DNA of 63,548 nucleotides, filler included, from Octopus bimaculoides (lineage: Eukaryota), in assembly GCF_001194135.2 (NCBI RefSeq). It is 9 parts of 9 records of this genome, joined end to end, with 100 filler letters (N's around TTAATTAATTAA, not from the genome) between each part and the next. Parts side by side here need not be neighbours in the genome. Positions count along the whole stretch, not along the records: positions 62,067 to 63,548 come from NC_069005.1; 8 more parts are not named here. One strand, 5' to 3'. The notes beneath the pieces are model-generated. The model made no database searches, had not been told where the DNA came from, and saw only the letters and a program-made list of their open reading frames with translations. This document shows, piece after piece, positions 62,560 through 63,548 of the stretch. Numbering within the stretch: the first letter of the stretch is position 1; each line of letters opens with the position of its first letter. Both the position numbers and the translations under genes were made by a program.

Positions 62560-63026
62560 CATGACTGGCATCCGTGTTAGTGGAGCACTAAGAGCACCAT
62601 CCGAGCGTGATCGTTGCCAGGGCCGCTGACTGGACCCCATGCCTGTGGCACATAAAAACACCATTCAAGCATGATCGTTACCAGTGTCGCTTTACTGGCA
62701 CTTGTGCCGGTGGTATGTGGAAAACAACATTCGAGCGAGGGCGTTGCCAGTGCCGCTGGACTGGCTCCTGTGCAGATGACATGTAAAAACACCATTTGAG
62801 CGTGGCCGTTGCCAGTACCTCCAGACTGGCCCTCGTGCCGGTGGCACGTAAAAGTACCCACTACACACTCAGAGTGGTTGGCGTTAGGAAGGGCATCCAG
62901 CTGTAGAAACTCTGCCAGATCAGATTGGAGTCTGGTGCAGCATATCTGGCTCATCAGTCCCCAGTCATACCGTCCAACCCATGCCAGCATGGAAAGCGGA
63001 CGTTAAATGATGACGATGATGATGAT
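62560..63026 (+). mobile_element. RTE-tailed non-autonomous element, copy 3
   Basis: Diverged GCCAGT/ACTGGC units, ggttggcgttaggaagggcatccagctgtagaaac, (GAT)n tail. Confidence 0.85.
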
Positions 63027-63209
63027 GGGTATATACACATGTATATACAAACATATACATATAAATATATACAGATACATATATAAAAATGATACATATA
63101 TTTATATATACAAATATATATTAATATAGATATATATATATATATATATATATATAGATAGATAGATATGCATACATACATATATATATAGTTGAAATTT
63201 ACAGAAAAA

Positions 63210-63330
63210 AAAAGACAAGACAAAGACAGGTGTATAAACAGCAAGCAGGTGTATTAGTTTGACACTCGGGAAGGTAAGAAAGTCTATTACATTTCAAGCC
63301 AACACACTTCAACAGAAAGGAAATAAACAG
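63210..63330 (-). mobile_element. PLE-type terminal module with degenerate CUGUUGA hammerhead
   Basis: Minus: cctttCTGTTGAagtgtgttggcttGAAAtgtaatagac. Confidence 0.6.
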
Positions 63331-63373
63331 AGAGCGAATAAAAAAAACTTTTGGAGCGACTAGTGAATCAGGG

Positions 63374-63435
<62 letters not shown>

Positions 63436-63548
63436 CATCCATAAACATAAATCTGGAAAAAAAACACACTCTAAGTTATTATATTTAATATATATATATA
63501 TATGTATATATAGAGAGAGAGTAGTATATATATCATATATATATATAT

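Overview
AT-rich, microsatellite-dense eukaryotic scaffold with many N gaps. The SINE repertoire suggests a cephalopod, most likely Octopus (inference, from recalled repeat consensus sequences). I found no host protein-coding exon, rRNA, intact tRNA gene or CRISPR array, so the window reads as intergenic or intronic transposon debris. It holds several tRNA-derived SINE families and at least six Penelope-like element (PLE) coding remnants (RT, thumb, GIY-YIG) with terminal inverted repeats and hammerhead-like motifs. It also holds a head-to-tail stack of R4/Dong-like LINE 3' ends in (CATA)n tracts, RTE, CR1-like and L1/Tx1-like LINE fragments, a Ty3/gypsy pol remnant, mariner elements and MITEs, a piggyBac-type MITE, a decayed Chapaev3-like transposase and a possible MULE remnant. 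Most long ORFs in the track are artefacts of microsatellites and N runs. The best leads are a candidate non-circularly permuted hammerhead in a repeat family, a minisatellite built from a hammerhead core, a hammerhead family with a CUGUUGA core, a SINE sharing a covarying 3' stem-loop with a Tx1-like LINE, and microsatellite-targeted stacking of R4-like LINEs. All alignments were done by eye; family names and boundaries are approximate.
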